DNA from: Octopus vulgaris
Taxonomy: Eukaryota
DNA: 64,000 nt
Assembly: GCA_951406725.2 (NCBI GenBank)
Contig: OX597816.1
Location: 124,434,001-124,498,000 of the forward strand
Direction: 5' to 3'
In this document: one piece after another, positions 11,636 through 24,579 of the stretch
How the letters are laid out: the number at the start of each line of letters is the position of its first letter
Numbering within the stretch: position 1 is the first letter of the stretch
Translations under genes and position numbers: made by a program
The notes under the pieces: generated by a model
The model's database searches: none
What the model saw: the letters and a program-made list of their open reading frames with translations, nothing else
Told to the model about the DNA's origin: nothing

Positions 11636-13469
11636 CTCCTGTTTTTCTATCGGCCGGTTTGCTTGTCTATCTGTTTGACTATCAGTTTGCATGTCCATCT
11701 ATCTATGTATCGATCTGTCTGTCTGTTTGTTTATCTATCTATCTCTTTATCTATCTTTCTATCTGTCAATATCCGTGCTTACCTTTCTACTCATCAGACT
11801 ACCTATCTCTATATTGAGTTATCTGTCCTTATATCTGCATTTCCCTCATTGTCTTCCCGTGTCACTGTATCTCTGATTCAGTCACTTTCGTTCTCATTAC
11901 CTCTCTAGAATTCTCTTCTTTTTATTTCCTTTCTCCGTATGTGAATGTCCATGCACAAAATATTTGTTACAGAAAAGATTTAAAGCTACAGATTGCTTGT
12001 AGCGTGGATTTGTAACTCATCACTGTGCCACACTGAGTTCATGCTTTGCTATTGTGTCTAAGAATATTTCAACACTGTTAGACTTAATCTTTAAGGATAG
12101 TGGGAATGTGAATCGGGTAAACATTTCCCAATTACACACCTTTACAGAAAACTATTTCACAGAAATATTCTAAAACTGAGTCAGAGTAGTCCGCTCAACA
12201 TGAAATATCTTAGAACACATAAACGAACAAAATATATGAAGATATACAGATGGAAAACTAAATGCATGCTGCCATTTCAAACATGACTGTTCCATAAGAA
12301 CCAACGTTACTGCCACTTTTAACCCTGAGAGGACTCCACCTGTGGCTAGGTATCGATGCAATCTGCACCCGACATATATTGCAAGCAGGGGAGCGAACTG
12401 TTTAAAGGTATGCTCTCTTAATTTATCATGCGATATTTAAGTGATAATACATGTCACAGAACCAAACTTAAATATATTGAGCTCTATATAAGTATGGTGG
12501 AAGGCAAAGTTTAAAGAAAGATACATTGTTTTTAATTCTTCCGCTAAAATTACAAAAGAGTAGATAACCATGTTATCAGTTTCACGTTGAATTTGGAAGA
12601 TTATGATGTTGATTTTGATATCTGCAGCGACTAATATGATTGGTTTATAATGAAAAAGAATCATTAAAAAATAATAACATTCTGCATTATATCTAAGTAC
12701 AAAAATAGTGGTTTTGCCAAGTACTAACACTGAGATAAGTATCTTCTAAAATACTGAAAGCTCCCCTTTCCATCAGATTAAATGGACCAACGCTGTATTA
12801 TCAGACACTGTTCTTATTTAACAATCTTACATCCTGTATTTTCTTTATAAAAACTGTTTGATAATTACCTGATTAACTGGTTTTCCAGAAATCAATATAA
12901 CTTTATAACACTCTGAATTTCCTTACAGATTCCCATAGTTGATGTTTTGTATTTTCTCTGTTTTACTGTATTTTTAATTATCATTTCAATATTAAATGTT
13001 TGCTCACACATATTTTCATTTTGTTACATCCATTTTTAGCTATCCAAAGGATATACCATTCCTGCATGTGCTTCAATGCCAAAATTGTGTCAGTTACAGT
13101 ATGTTTGGTTTAGAAAAGAATAACTGGATATCACTTAATATGTGCTCGAGTTCTCTTTAAAAATAACGGCTATTTATAATGATACAACACTTTTTAATTA
13201 ATTTTAACTCAATATGAAACTTGCATAGCGAGATTTTTATGTAATGGACTTAATAATTTAATAGTCTCACACAGAAACACAAACATACACAATATACATT
13301 ATGCAAATATATATTAGAAAATTAATCATGTCTTTTAGGTAATATGAACGTGACTGATCGACTCTTCGATAGCTATTATTTCAGAAATGTATTACACTGA
13401 ATTTCATCCAACAGAGATTTGAATAGAATTTTAAATTTGAATTACCTTCTCAATATTCAGCATCATCGA

Positions 13470-13650
13470 CAGTGGACTGTGGATTAGCAAAATCATTAGA
13501 ATATGAAACAAAATGCCTTATTGTATTTAGTTACAGCCCTTCTTGGTCTGAGTTCAAATTCCGCTACGGTGAAGTTTGCCTTTTAGGAGTCGATAAAATA
13601 AAGGATCAATCAAATACTAGATTAGATTTCCTCGACTACACTGTCCTTGT
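13470..13650 (+). mobile_element. Decayed SINE family B copy
   Basis: TCTGAGTTCAAATTCCGC...TTTGCCTTT...GGAGTCGATAAAATAA matches the better copy at 42951-43179. Confidence 0.5.
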
Positions 13651-15182
13651 GGAAGAATGCTCTGCTACAATATCAGCATAACGCGTAAATAAGAACAGCG
13701 GATCGACAGAATCGCTATAATGTTGCCGTATTCGGTTTCGGTTGTTTACGTTCTCCGTGCATCTTCCATGGAAGTTGATTTTTATTCTTTAAGAGTCAAT
13801 AAAATATATAGAGTGACAACCAGCTATTGAGATCGATTAAATCGCCTAAGCTCTTCTCTTTAAACTTTCTAGCATTGTGCTAATGTCTTGAATATTATTA
13901 TCTCACTTTAAAATAATATATAAGGGTATTTCAATACTCTTGTATATTATTAATAAGTATTTTTTGTATACTCAGGTCTATTCCCCATTGTTTTTAGGTG
14001 TGAGTAGCCACAACAAGACACACCCCAGGCATTTCATTCATTTTCCTGCACAAAGAGGTGACTCTCATCCTATGCTCGGGTCAGGGTATAGAACGCAATC
14101 CCCAATATCAGCAGCGGGGTCCTACAGCATATGCTGGTTTACCCCACCCCGTCACAACATATAGGGTATGTTAATCGGTAATAGAAATTTGTGAATTTGA
14201 AAATAACATTAGATGCTTAACAAATTTCCAAGAAGAAATCTGAAGAAAAATCTAGCTACAAGTTATCTTTGTGAACAATTATATCTAAAATATAAGGGAA
14301 CATAAAATCAAATTTGAACAAATATTGTTTCACATTTTCTCTAAATCATTAATGTTCATGATTTACATGATTCAATATATGCAAACTTTAGTGTATTACT
14401 GATTGAATCATAAGTTATTAGCATTTACCTCCACCTTGAAAGTGAGTAAAATGCAGTGCACTTGAATATAGTTGCATCCTTTGAAATATATTCTAACTAG
14501 CATAAACATATTTTCTTCGGTTTGTGTTCAATAATTGTTAGCGATCAGCACAATTAACAATAAGCTACAATAATAATATCAGTTATTTTCTCTTCCTAAC
14601 AATTTGCAGCAAAAGAAAATGGCTATAATGCCTCTGTCCGGACTTTAGAAAGTATATTAAGTATATTTACTGAAACGAAGTTGTTTCGGTAATACACTAC
14701 TCCCTGAAAACGATGTTTTCTTTCGAAGCAAACTCCATTTTTGCTTTCTGCGGAAAAGTCAAATTACTATAGTTAGAAAACAAATCTGGTTTCTGAATAG
14801 CAGTAAAAAAATAAAGGATAAAACAGCACCAAGAGCACTTATTTCTAGAATCAGCTAGCTCAAACTCAGATACCCAGTTGAAGTCCTAATTTAGGTGAAG
14901 ATTGATACTGGAACCTATGAATAAGTGTGGTTCCACTTATTCATAGCTTTCTCTAGGGTAAAGAGTGGAATATCTCTCCTTGTATTCTATAGACCGGTGT
15001 TCTTAAATTAGGTTTACAAAGAAAGCAATAAATGTAGACAGCCAAATGAGTCATTACTGCGGAAATAAAGAGTGCTTAAACAAAATCATCATTATAGGTT
15101 TTAATAAGTAATGATCCAAGGCTATTACACATCAAAAGAAATATTCCTGATAATACAGGACAAAAAATAAAATCAAACTTGT

Positions 15183-16430
15183 GTATACTTAGGTAATTTC
15201 CGGCTTTGAATTGGCCATGACTAATTTAATACCACTACCTGTAAGAGATATTTAATGATGTTTTATATTACTGTCATTGTTTAGGCACCATAGCCCATTC
15301 GTGTAAAAAGTTATCGTTTGGAGAGATATATCCCAGTGTTGGCGGTTTATCTGGAATTTGTTGGAGATATGCATACATGAACTGTTCAAACGTTATATCT
15401 TTTTCTCCGCTTATGTGTCTTGGCATGATGTGAAAAAGAGCAGTGCAAATTGAGGTGAAATAGATCGGTCTTGCGATGTGACGTGTGAATGATTTTTGTT
15501 GGGGATGGAGGGTACAATAGCCAATACTTGGGTGAATTTTTAAATTGATGCCGTCATCATTTGGGAAATGCTGTTGGAATAATAAATGAAATAACGCTCA
15601 CAACGGCGCTGGAAGGAATAAAGTTTGAGCTTCGTGAACTGATCCCAATAATCACGATCAGTCAAGTCGTTTACTTTTATTTATTTTTTTTTTTTGTGAT
15701 TGATATCTGGAGTGCTTCAGTTTTTATATTTTCTTTCGACGCGGGAAGCCATAGCAAACAACACTATTCGAGGCGAGGACGGGCAAAGATGGAGAAGAAA
15801 AGGAAAATCGCTTGAGCGGAAAGGCCGAAAGATTCAGAAACATGTCCTGTGGTCTATGTCAAATTTGATGCTTATATGGGAGCTCCGACAATTACTCGGT
15901 GATCCCTATCGGTGTTTGATACTGCATGGAGTGCACCTTTGAGGGAAGAGTGCATGCTAGCCTACATGCAGCCTCTTTACTGAAGAGGATTAATTAATAT
16001 TTACTCTCATTCAGCTGTGTGTTATGTCCCCCCCCCACCATTGGATAAAAGCGAGCAGGTCCGATCGGAAATTTGTCCGGTCTCCTACCCTGTCAACGAC
16101 TTTCAGAAGCTTAAAGTCAGCCGCGAAAATTCTAATACAGCTGTGTTTCATGACGTCAATGATGTCATTGATGAGAATAATGAAAATGAGTGGGACCTAT
16201 ACAATGCCTCGTGAGACACCACGGACGACAGTTGCTAAGCTTGATCGAACACCATCGATTACCACAAGTGGGTTCTGTTCACCAGAAAGCATTCAATCCA
16301 CTTTGATAATTTCCTCCCCACCAAGTCTCCAATGCTGGATGGTTCCTTTAACAGAATTCGGTGATCAACCTTGCCGAAGACCATGCTGAAGATCAGACAA
16401 ATGACATCTGCACTGGGATCTTCTCTCAGG
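15183..16430 (-). mobile_element. 5'-truncated decayed CR1-group LINE (RT C-terminal half and 3' tail)
   Basis: Reverse complement encodes GVRSSLATVVRGVS..PLIFIILINDI and DYWDQFTKLKLYSFQRRCERY. Its 3' tail matches the + strand copy ending at about 42575. Confidence 0.75.
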
Positions 16431-17930
16431 GTCTTTAGTCATAGTTTTTGAACGAATAATATACTCTTGGAATGAGAGAAAAACTTACTGTACAATTTTT
16501 AGTACTTTTCCAAATTTAAATTTCATTGATAAAAATATATTAGTGTCTTTTAGAATCTATTGCATGATATAGAAAGGTTAATAAATATAGGTATGAATGA
16601 TTTAGCAATCGGAATAACGATGGCACTGCGAGATGCACTAGACGACCTCAAGGAAGTACCACGCAAAGTTTTCCATTGTAAATTTAGCGTAAGTTTATCT
16701 AAAATTTCCCAAACTTTCTAACTCGGCGATTCTACTAGAACAGCGGGGTATGCTTTAGAATCCCAGGCAAGCCAACGATATGTTTTGAGTAAAAGTGGTA
16801 AAAATGTGAACCAAAACCAAGAAATGAAGATGATGCAATGAAATAACATACCTCAAATTCGAATTTATAAGTGTATCACAATAGTCCAGTACGGATGTAC
16901 GTTGGAAGCGGAAACGAATATATTTTCATCCATTTTAAGAGGTTGGCAGTAGATCAGCTCATGTAAGCTTTTCTTTGAAAAATCACGGAACTTTAAGTAT
17001 AAGAAGTAGAAAAAAGATATACCAGAAATGTGAATCAAGAAACTTATATTCTATGAATATAGAAGCATAAAATTTGTAAACCTGTTAATATTGTTAATTG
17101 TTTCGTGAAAAACCAGTAAGATGGAATATGCAGACCATTTCCTCGAGACTTATCTAGAAAGTGTACAAATAGTATAAAATATACAGCAAGTTACATCAAC
17201 AATCTTTACATTAAACTAAAATAAAAATCAATTTCCAACAACTGATATAGTATATTGATACAATATAACAAAAATAAACGAACTAAGTGAAGACACTACA
17301 GTGACTGGCGTCTTCCCCGAATTTTACTATTCGTGCAAATCTAATTTCAATTTTATCTATAATCACCTGCAATCATGCCATCAGTAGCTGACTTAATTGA
17401 ATCGTGCAACCCGGGAAATATATCGGCATTAAAAGAGGCCATGACCTGCCTTATATTCAGAGAAAGAAGCATAAATGTAATTACTTGCTCTCGTGTTAAT
17501 ATCAGCACTCGTACTTTTTAGGTGTTGTTTAGTAGAAGCAAAGAGTAAAATTTTTACCTTCCTCTACTCTTTTTATGAATATGAAAAGATTGTGGAAATC
17601 AGTGCAAAATCTTTAGTGACAATTCCTTTTTATTTACGTAGAGAAAGGGTGGTAACCAACGTAAACTTTTCTTTAATATAGATATAGGTATAGCTGATGT
17701 CCAGACTGAACTTCTGTAGATTTTTTTGAATTGTAAGTTCAAAGGAAACTTCTAGAATAAAAATAAAGAGTTATTTATTTCGTAATGTATAAATTGAGTA
17801 AGATATATCCGCGATGGCAATAGGAATAGAAGTAAGTTCGAAGAAAGTTTGATAGTCCAGATGAACAAACTCTATGAGGAAACAAGACAGTGCACATCAG
17901 ATTGGTGGATAAGAAGTGTAGTTAATATTG

Positions 17931-18142
17931 GTTTCAAATTTTGGCACAAGGCCAGCAATTCGGGAGAAGAGATAAAACGATTATACCGTCTCTAGTGCTC
18001 AACCGATACTTATTTTACCGACTTCTAAAGGTTGAATGGCAATTAACTTTGGCGGCATTTGAACTCAGAACGTAAAGACGGACGAAATGTCGCTAAATGC
18101 TTTGATCATCGTGCTAATGATTCTGCCAGCTCATCGCCTTTT
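17931..18142 (-). mobile_element. SINE family B with 16-bp TSD
   Basis: Reverse complement begins AAGGCGATGAGCTGGCAGAATC and contains TCTGAGTTCAAATGCC; TSD AGTGTAGTTAATATTG at 17915-17930 and 18143-18158. Confidence 0.88.
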
Positions 18143-18652
18143 AGTGTAGTTAATATTGCCATGACTTTCATTTTCGTTCCCCACTAATGGTATGTATAGT
18201 AAATTTTCTGTCACAGACATATGAGTAGAACACTAATAAGACAAAACTTAGCACTTGGTCTTCTATAGAGGTTCGTTCTTTGTGCGTAAAGCGTCGTGCG
18301 AAGTATAATCGGTGTTCGTAAGGTAAATAATCGAACATTAAAAATAATAAAAGAACAAGAAGACGTGAACATGGAATGTACTAGTTGGACACGCGGTAAA
18401 ACGATAGGGTTTCTGATATTTCGAGCATAACTCTTTGTCAGAAATAAAAAATCAGAATAAAAAATCCAGAGAAAGAACATTGAAATGGAAAGAGATAATG
18501 AAAGTGGATTTTGGGAATAGGAGAGTGCGAAAATGGCCAGTGTGTATGTGGTAGTATCTGTGTGCGTGTGTGTTTGTGTTTATGTGAATGATGTATGTAT
18601 AATGGTGTTAATCAACGAGCAGGTTAGTGGCGGGTGTTCAATTCGGCAGGTG

Positions 18653-19428
18653 GGATCTTTTCCTTTTGAACGGCAGTTTTCAACACAATTTCTAGTTAAC
18701 TAAACACATTTAAACTTCGTATACTGGTAGAATGTGTCAAAATAAAACATTTTTTCTCTTGGCTTTCTTGAGAAAATTGTAATTTGTAAGTTTAACGTAG
18801 TTTAATTTTTCGAATTTTAGCCAATCCTATATAACTCTTTATTTTTATTCTAGAAGTTAGCTAAAATCATTTGCTGCTTCTAAAACTGACAACATCCTGT
18901 CACTAACCCTAACCCTCACCCTAACCCTAAATTTTAGCCTTTCGTTTTTTTTCTTAATTGTTAAATTAATTTAAGGATAACAATTAAGAAAAAAATACGA
19001 AAGGCTAAAACGAAAGCAATGGGAAATAATTTTAATTTAACAATTAAGAAAAAAAACGAAAGGCTAAACGAAAGCAAAAACTCAAAACAAAAACAAAACG
19101 AATAATTTTAGACACACGCGTAACAATTAAATTAATTTAATAATTAAGAAAAAAAAAAACGAAAAGCTAAAATTTAGGGTTAGGATTAGGGTTAGGGTTA
19201 GTGACGGGATGTTGTCTCAGTTTTAGACGCAGCAAATGATTTTAGCTAAATAGAGGATTGGTTAAAATTCAAAAAATTAAACTACGTTAAACTTACAAAT
19301 TACAATTTTCTCAAGAAAGCCAAGAGAAAAAATGCTTTATTTTGACACATTCTACCAGTATACAAAGTTTAAAAGTGTTTAGTTAACTAGAAATTGTGTT
19401 GAAAACTGCCGTTCAAAGGAAAAGATCC
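18653..19428. mobile_element. Foldback/MITE-type non-autonomous DNA transposon with about 300-bp inverted arms and 8-bp TSD
   Basis: Termini GGATCTTTTCCTTTTGAACGGCAG and CTGCCGTTCAAAGGAAAAGATCC; TSD GGCAGGTG at 18645-18652 and 19429-19436; subterminal (TAACCC)n/(GGGTTA)n blocks. Confidence 0.92.
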
Positions 19429-21202
19429 GGCAGGTGTTCAATTCGGTCGTGAACTTGGATACATTGTACGGTAAATACAGAACACATAATGTTATCCTTA
19501 AATCATCATATACAACCACGGTATTGAAACATCTCATTCACTTTGTAGTAAGAAAATATTTGCTAAAATATAGTGAAAGTTCGACGAAAAATTTGGCAAA
19601 ATAAACCCTCTTACAATTGATAACAAAACGAAAAAGAAAAAGAAAAGCATCGGTGGTGAAATGCTCAATGCATGAAGATCATATTAATTTCTAGAAGCTG
19701 GCATTACCTGTGCAAATGTTTTTTGAATATGTCTAGTTACTTAAATAGAAAATAGTCTCATTTCACAGCAAAGTCTTCGCTATGCAATATCATCCACAAA
19801 ATTGCTCTAATGCAGATTCTAGCTCTAATATTTCACAATCAATAAAAGTTTCAAGTCTATTTTTGAAAAACAGCGAAAATATTTTCATATCATAAACGCT
19901 AAACCAGAAGGAAGGGAAGTTACATACTTTAGAAATTTGTCTCCGTACATGAAATAATGATTATACTGTTTATTTTCTACAGATCTCACAATGAAAAATC
20001 TCAATATTTTCTTTATGGAGAATTGTAAGAATATTCTATAACCATTTTGCAGTGTATTTACCAACTATAAATATTCTATTCTTGAATGTCTAAAGTTTGC
20101 GAGATAATCTAAAGGCGTTAATAGTACGGTAACAACTTATGACTGAATAGTATAACGAAAATACAAAAATGAAAAAAAATAAACGCTACAAATCTAAATC
20201 ACAGTGCTCGTAACACTCGGGCTTTAAAAACCAAAATTGAAATTCACACCTTGGGTGTTACAAGACAAATGTAGACTTCTCTGGCTTATATCAGTTACAC
20301 ATAAATAACGTCTATGATAGAACAACGTTTAATGTTTTCGAAACTAACAGCAGTTCTATGTATCACAAATCATTGACAACTCACTTCCAAAGCGAACAGC
20401 ATATTCAGGTTACTCCCACAGGAAGCGTATTCTGATCAAACAATATTAAGTGAATGGCTATGATAGTGATTATATAGGTTCTCTGAAATATTATGGCAGA
20501 AATAATCTAGGTTCTCAAAATTTTATCAATACCTATAAATATAATTAAAAAAAAGGATCAGTCGTATATAAAATGATGGAGCTTGAAGAAAGACCATAAT
20601 ATATTTCTCCGGTGATTTCTTCTTGATCATAAATCCCCTGAGTGCTCCTACCGAATGCTTAAATATTAACGTTCCGATTTTCAAAGGAAACGCTGCTGTG
20701 TTAGGTGATCAAAGAAGATTGATAGTGGATTTACTGAGGTGAGAAGAATAAGGGTAAGCCTCCTCAAAAATAAGTTTGGACGGATGGAGATTGTTTACGA
20801 AACAAATTATTTGAATACCGATATGTATGCTTTGCAATGGCTATTGAAACACAGAAAAACCATGTCACGTATAAAAGACAATAGTTGCCAAAATCCTGGG
20901 AAGAAATTAACTAGCATATTTCATGAATAGTCAGATTAAAGAGAAAAGAAAAAAGCAATTATCAATATTTTAAACTTGTTTATTTAGAACAAATATTTTC
21001 CGTAATTAAAGTCCGTAAAATTTGATTAAATTTAGGATCATACATTCTTGTATCGTTAACAATTCTTAAACGTCTTTACTCCGGTTGCTTTGAAATATGT
21101 TGATGATATCTTCATGCATACATCCATTCATACATACACACATGTATATATGCATATATATATATGTATGTATATATGTGTGTGTATATGTGTGTGTATA
21201 TA

Positions 21203-21400
21203 TCCTTCAAAACTTCCATGCTTCCTGAGATTCGCCAACACTACACCTGATTTTCTCCCTCCATTCACACGCAAGCATGTATCTGACTCATACATTGTTC
21301 ACTTCCCAGACATTTGTACATTAATGCATATGCTTTATACGCACCTTTGACAATTTGTGGTGCACCTGAGCACTGTATACAATAATTTCATTATTATTAT
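21203..21400 (+). mobile_element. LINE-like 3' tail fragment
   Basis: Ends in ...GAGCACTGTATACAATAATTTC followed by (ATT)n, the layout of a CR1/L2-type 3' UTR; no coding motif confirmed. Confidence 0.4.
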
Positions 21401-21404
21401 TTAT

Positions 21405-21640
21405 TAATATATCCGCATATATGTGACCTCGTGAGTACCACTGGCGATTTTTTTTCCTCTGTCTTCCCTTCTCGGGATCTTTCCTTCTCCTATGTTTCCG
21501 ACGAAGAGCTCCGTTCGAAACGTTAAACCCTCCTTCTTCCCTTCTTTCCTGAGCGTCCAATAATACTTTATTTGTTCCACGTCCTTGCGTTGTTGTGTTT
21601 TTTTGTTTTCTTGTTTGGATTAACTTTATATATATATATA
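21405..21640 (+). mobile_element. Penelope-like terminal (pLTR) fragment carrying a hammerhead-like motif
   Basis: Pyrimidine-rich segment with GTTT-CCGACGA-A-GAGC-TCC-GTTC-GAAA-CGTT-AAAC, ending in a T-rich tail next to (TA)n. Confidence 0.55.
21494..21528 (+). ncRNA. Minimal type I hammerhead ribozyme-like motif (variant core)
   Basis: Stem I GTTT/AAAC; core CCGACGA (canonical CUGANGA); stem II GAGC/GTTC; GAAA; palindromic AACGTT in place of stem III. Confidence 0.5.
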
Positions 21641-21769
21641 TATACACAGATACACAGGCACACACAGATACACCATTTTATATATATATGTACATATACA
21701 TATATATGCATACACACATGCAAATATACATGAACACATATACACAGATATGCATACGCAGTTTGAAGT

Positions 21770-22370
21770 AACATCAAAATACTTGAAACACCAAAAGGGA
21801 ATGGGATGCAGGTAATGTGACAAACACTGCAATGTGACAAACACTGCAGACACAATGGAATGAATACTGAAGATATATAAGAAGCTGCCCGAAAATATCA
21901 TCACAGAATTGCCTATGGGACATTACGTAACAAAACCCTGGGAAATATAAACATAAAGACATAAACCCAAAGTGTTATAGTGACGTAGAAGGCATTATAA
22001 TAAATATGAAAGACGAATGTGCCTGTCGAGACTAAAATAAAATGTAGCCATAACAGCCTAGACATAACGATTCTTGACAAGAGAAAACATTATACACAAC
22101 AGTTGAAATCAGTTGCCCAGGAGATGTTAACATCATGTTCAAGATTAATGAAAAGAGAAAACATTAAAGCCAAACTGGTAAGAAATCTGCAGTTACTCTA
22201 ATCAAACTAGCTTTTTAACGTCTAATTATAATTACTGGAGTAATTGCTTTGGAAGTTAACGGCCTCCGTATTTAATTTGAGAAGCTGTGTTTCACAAAAC
22301 TAGGAAGAACATACTCAGTCAAAAGAATACGTGAAAAAAGTGTAGCATAAAAATATGCACGTACATAACA
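21770..22370 (+). mobile_element. Decayed 3' end of an RLE-type (R4/NeSL-like) LINE
   Basis: PVETKIKCSHNSLDITILDK (cf. NRPD), VEISCPGDVNI..K..EK, LVRNLQLL; remnant CxxC upstream. Confidence 0.65.
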
Positions 22371-22500
22371 TTTATGTCTACACCCGAACGTGTTTTTCCA
22401 GATACATATGTATGTGCCTACAGTCTACAAGCATACGATTATGCATGCCTACATACGTAGATAGATCTATCTATCTATCTATATATATATATATATAATA

Positions 22501-22532
<32 letters not shown>

Positions 22533-22789
22533 CTTAGAGTAATACATATCTAACGCTTTGGTACAGTCTGAATTACAAATGAAACAGCCTTGTTTCTTGG
22601 CTACAAACAGGCTCTTACACCATTGTTGAGAAATTCGAAAGATAAAAGCAGGAAAGCATGCACACACGACGCGCGCACACACACACAGACGCGCTCAATT
22701 ATACAGATGCACGCACACACACACATACAGACGTGCGGAGACACGCATACAGATTTTCACACATATATGTGCTTTCTTGACTGGCCTAA

Positions 22790-23110
22790 GGGCAACTTAG
22801 GAACTCCACAGATCCAGGATTAGCCTGATCACCAGATAAATCTCTTCTCCCAGCTGTCATTCTTCTACCTACGGGCAAATGCAGACAACAGAACCTGTCG
22901 CTTGGAAAATGTACTTCACTCTCACGTTTGAACAAGTTTACTGTGACAGTGTCTCTTTCGACTTTTAACTTCTCCAAACGACGCTGTAAAGATGATGAAG
23001 ACTTCGCTGAATATCTAAAGTGTATGTGAGTAGTCACTTCTGTTTCCCTCCACCGCTAATCTTCCACCATAGACACCAGACCAAAGAACACTTTACCTTT
23101 ATGGCCAAGG
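22790..23110 (-). mobile_element. Decayed Tx1/L1-like LINE 3' end
   Basis: Reverse complement peptide LQRRLEKLKVERDTVTVNLFKRE resembles the Tx1-type C-terminus also seen at about 61440-61520. Confidence 0.4.
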
Positions 23111-23649
23111 AATGAACTCGGTCAGTAATGATAAAAAATAAGTGCAATCACATCAAAAATATCGACAAAAACAGTAACAACAAATAACAGCTATAACAAT
23201 TTCTAATTTGGGTACAAAGACAGCAATATGGAGGGAATTGGGTTTATCGAAAACATTGACACAGCACTTCATTGGTATTTATCTTATTTTATCGACAACT
23301 GGGATAAAAAGCAAAAGCGAGCTCTTTCAAATTTTTTCGTAGTCATGCGAATCAATAGCTTCATTCAAATCCCCGACCAGTCTTGCCCTGACCTTCAAAA
23401 TTTTAGATTTTTGTATTCTCCATCGTTCAAACCATCACCATCAACAGTCGCTATATATTTATTGACGTTGAGACGGACGCCATCTTTACCTTACCCATTC
23501 ACCTGCATATGTTTAAGGAATGATTATGAAATTCTCTTTATTGACTGCAGTAGTGGCATTGATCTTGAATTAGCATTTCTTTTGTTTTTTAAATCAATTG
23601 CTCCGAAAACGTAAGAGCTACTAGAATAAAATGGACGCTAACCAGAAGT

Positions 23650-24220
23650 TAATATGTGACGATGTACATTAGACTTAAAAGACTGGAGGTCATATTGAAG
23701 AGAAAGACAAAACCTTGGAAGGGAATTCCAAAGTTCAGAGGTGCGATGAAAGAAACTGGTACTGTGAAGTGCTTTACGACGCTTAGGATGTTTCTCTGAT
23801 AAAAACTGGATGTAAGTCTAATTGATCGGTGATAAGTTCTTAAAGAAAAAAACCAGAGAAGAGAGCTCAGCTGAAGAGTGTCCATGAAAAACTTATAGGA
23901 AAGAGACAAGACGATGTCACGCCTACTATCCGTCTTGTGCGAATAACGAAAGATTTTCTCCATTAGCTTTAGGGACCTTTCTATCTTTACATTCGTCGCC
24001 CTCACAAATGACCATCTTCTTGTGCCTATGCATGGCCATGCCACTGTAAAGTTGCTGGTATTCTCTTATCAACCCATGTAACACAACCAGAGTGATCATC
24101 CTTTCTTCTTTTTAAAAGCAATTTCTGAACATCTTTAATTCCATTTTTCGCATTCTCAGTCTTTTGACGACGTCTGTTACAGTTTCAGAGGTCACAGAAC
24201 TTGTTGAATTCATTATTGTT
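23650..24220 (-). mobile_element. Decayed CR1/L2-group LINE 3' end
   Basis: SRRDIVLSLSYKFF...SFIAPLNFGIPF resembles the RRxVxxLSLFYKYY...SFxPxTxxLWN C-terminus, with frameshifts. Confidence 0.5.
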
Positions 24221-24579
24221 GTTTTGTTGCTGTTGCTTCGCTGCCTTCAGATGTGACATATGGCAAGTGCATTGGAAGCAGTGGGTAGTGTTGTGGGTAG
24301 TGGTTTTAGCTTTGTTGATTGCAATGGTAGCAAAGTTACGCCACAAACTATATTGCTTCCATGCTACTCTCTGTTTCTATCAGCTTCTTGACGTTTCTTG
24401 ATGCTTGTTGTAGAGGTGTTATCTGTGGATGTTACAATTAATAAACTTGTAGCAGTGCTTGTAATAGGTGTGTCAGTCGCTAAGCGAGTATTACCGATAT
24501 TCTTGCCTTTGATGATGCTGTTAGCATCAATACCACACTGCCATTACCAACAACAACAATAACCGCAACAACAATAATG

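Larger units (their letters stand above)
16600..20930 (+). mobile_element. Probable ancient Helitron (Rep/PIF1 helicase) remnant, interrupted by a SINE and a foldback element
   Basis: Scattered degenerate motifs in the expected order: KFPK..GY (about 16700-16755), xWR (about 17305), HKSPECSYRMLK (about 20627, cf. HKxALEALDRxL), FKGNAAVLGDQR (about 20680, cf. FGGKxVxLxGDFRQ), LNTDMYA..WLL (about 20810, cf. LxxNMR..WLL). Confidence 0.38.

Noticed and set aside
12437-12800. Minus-strand GKTT suggesting a P-loop or Helitron helicase
   Set aside because: A single short motif with no ordered supporting motifs that I could verify.
18904-18930. Telomeric repeat or chromosome fusion site
   Set aside because: Only a few hexamers, mirrored as part of the foldback transposon arms.
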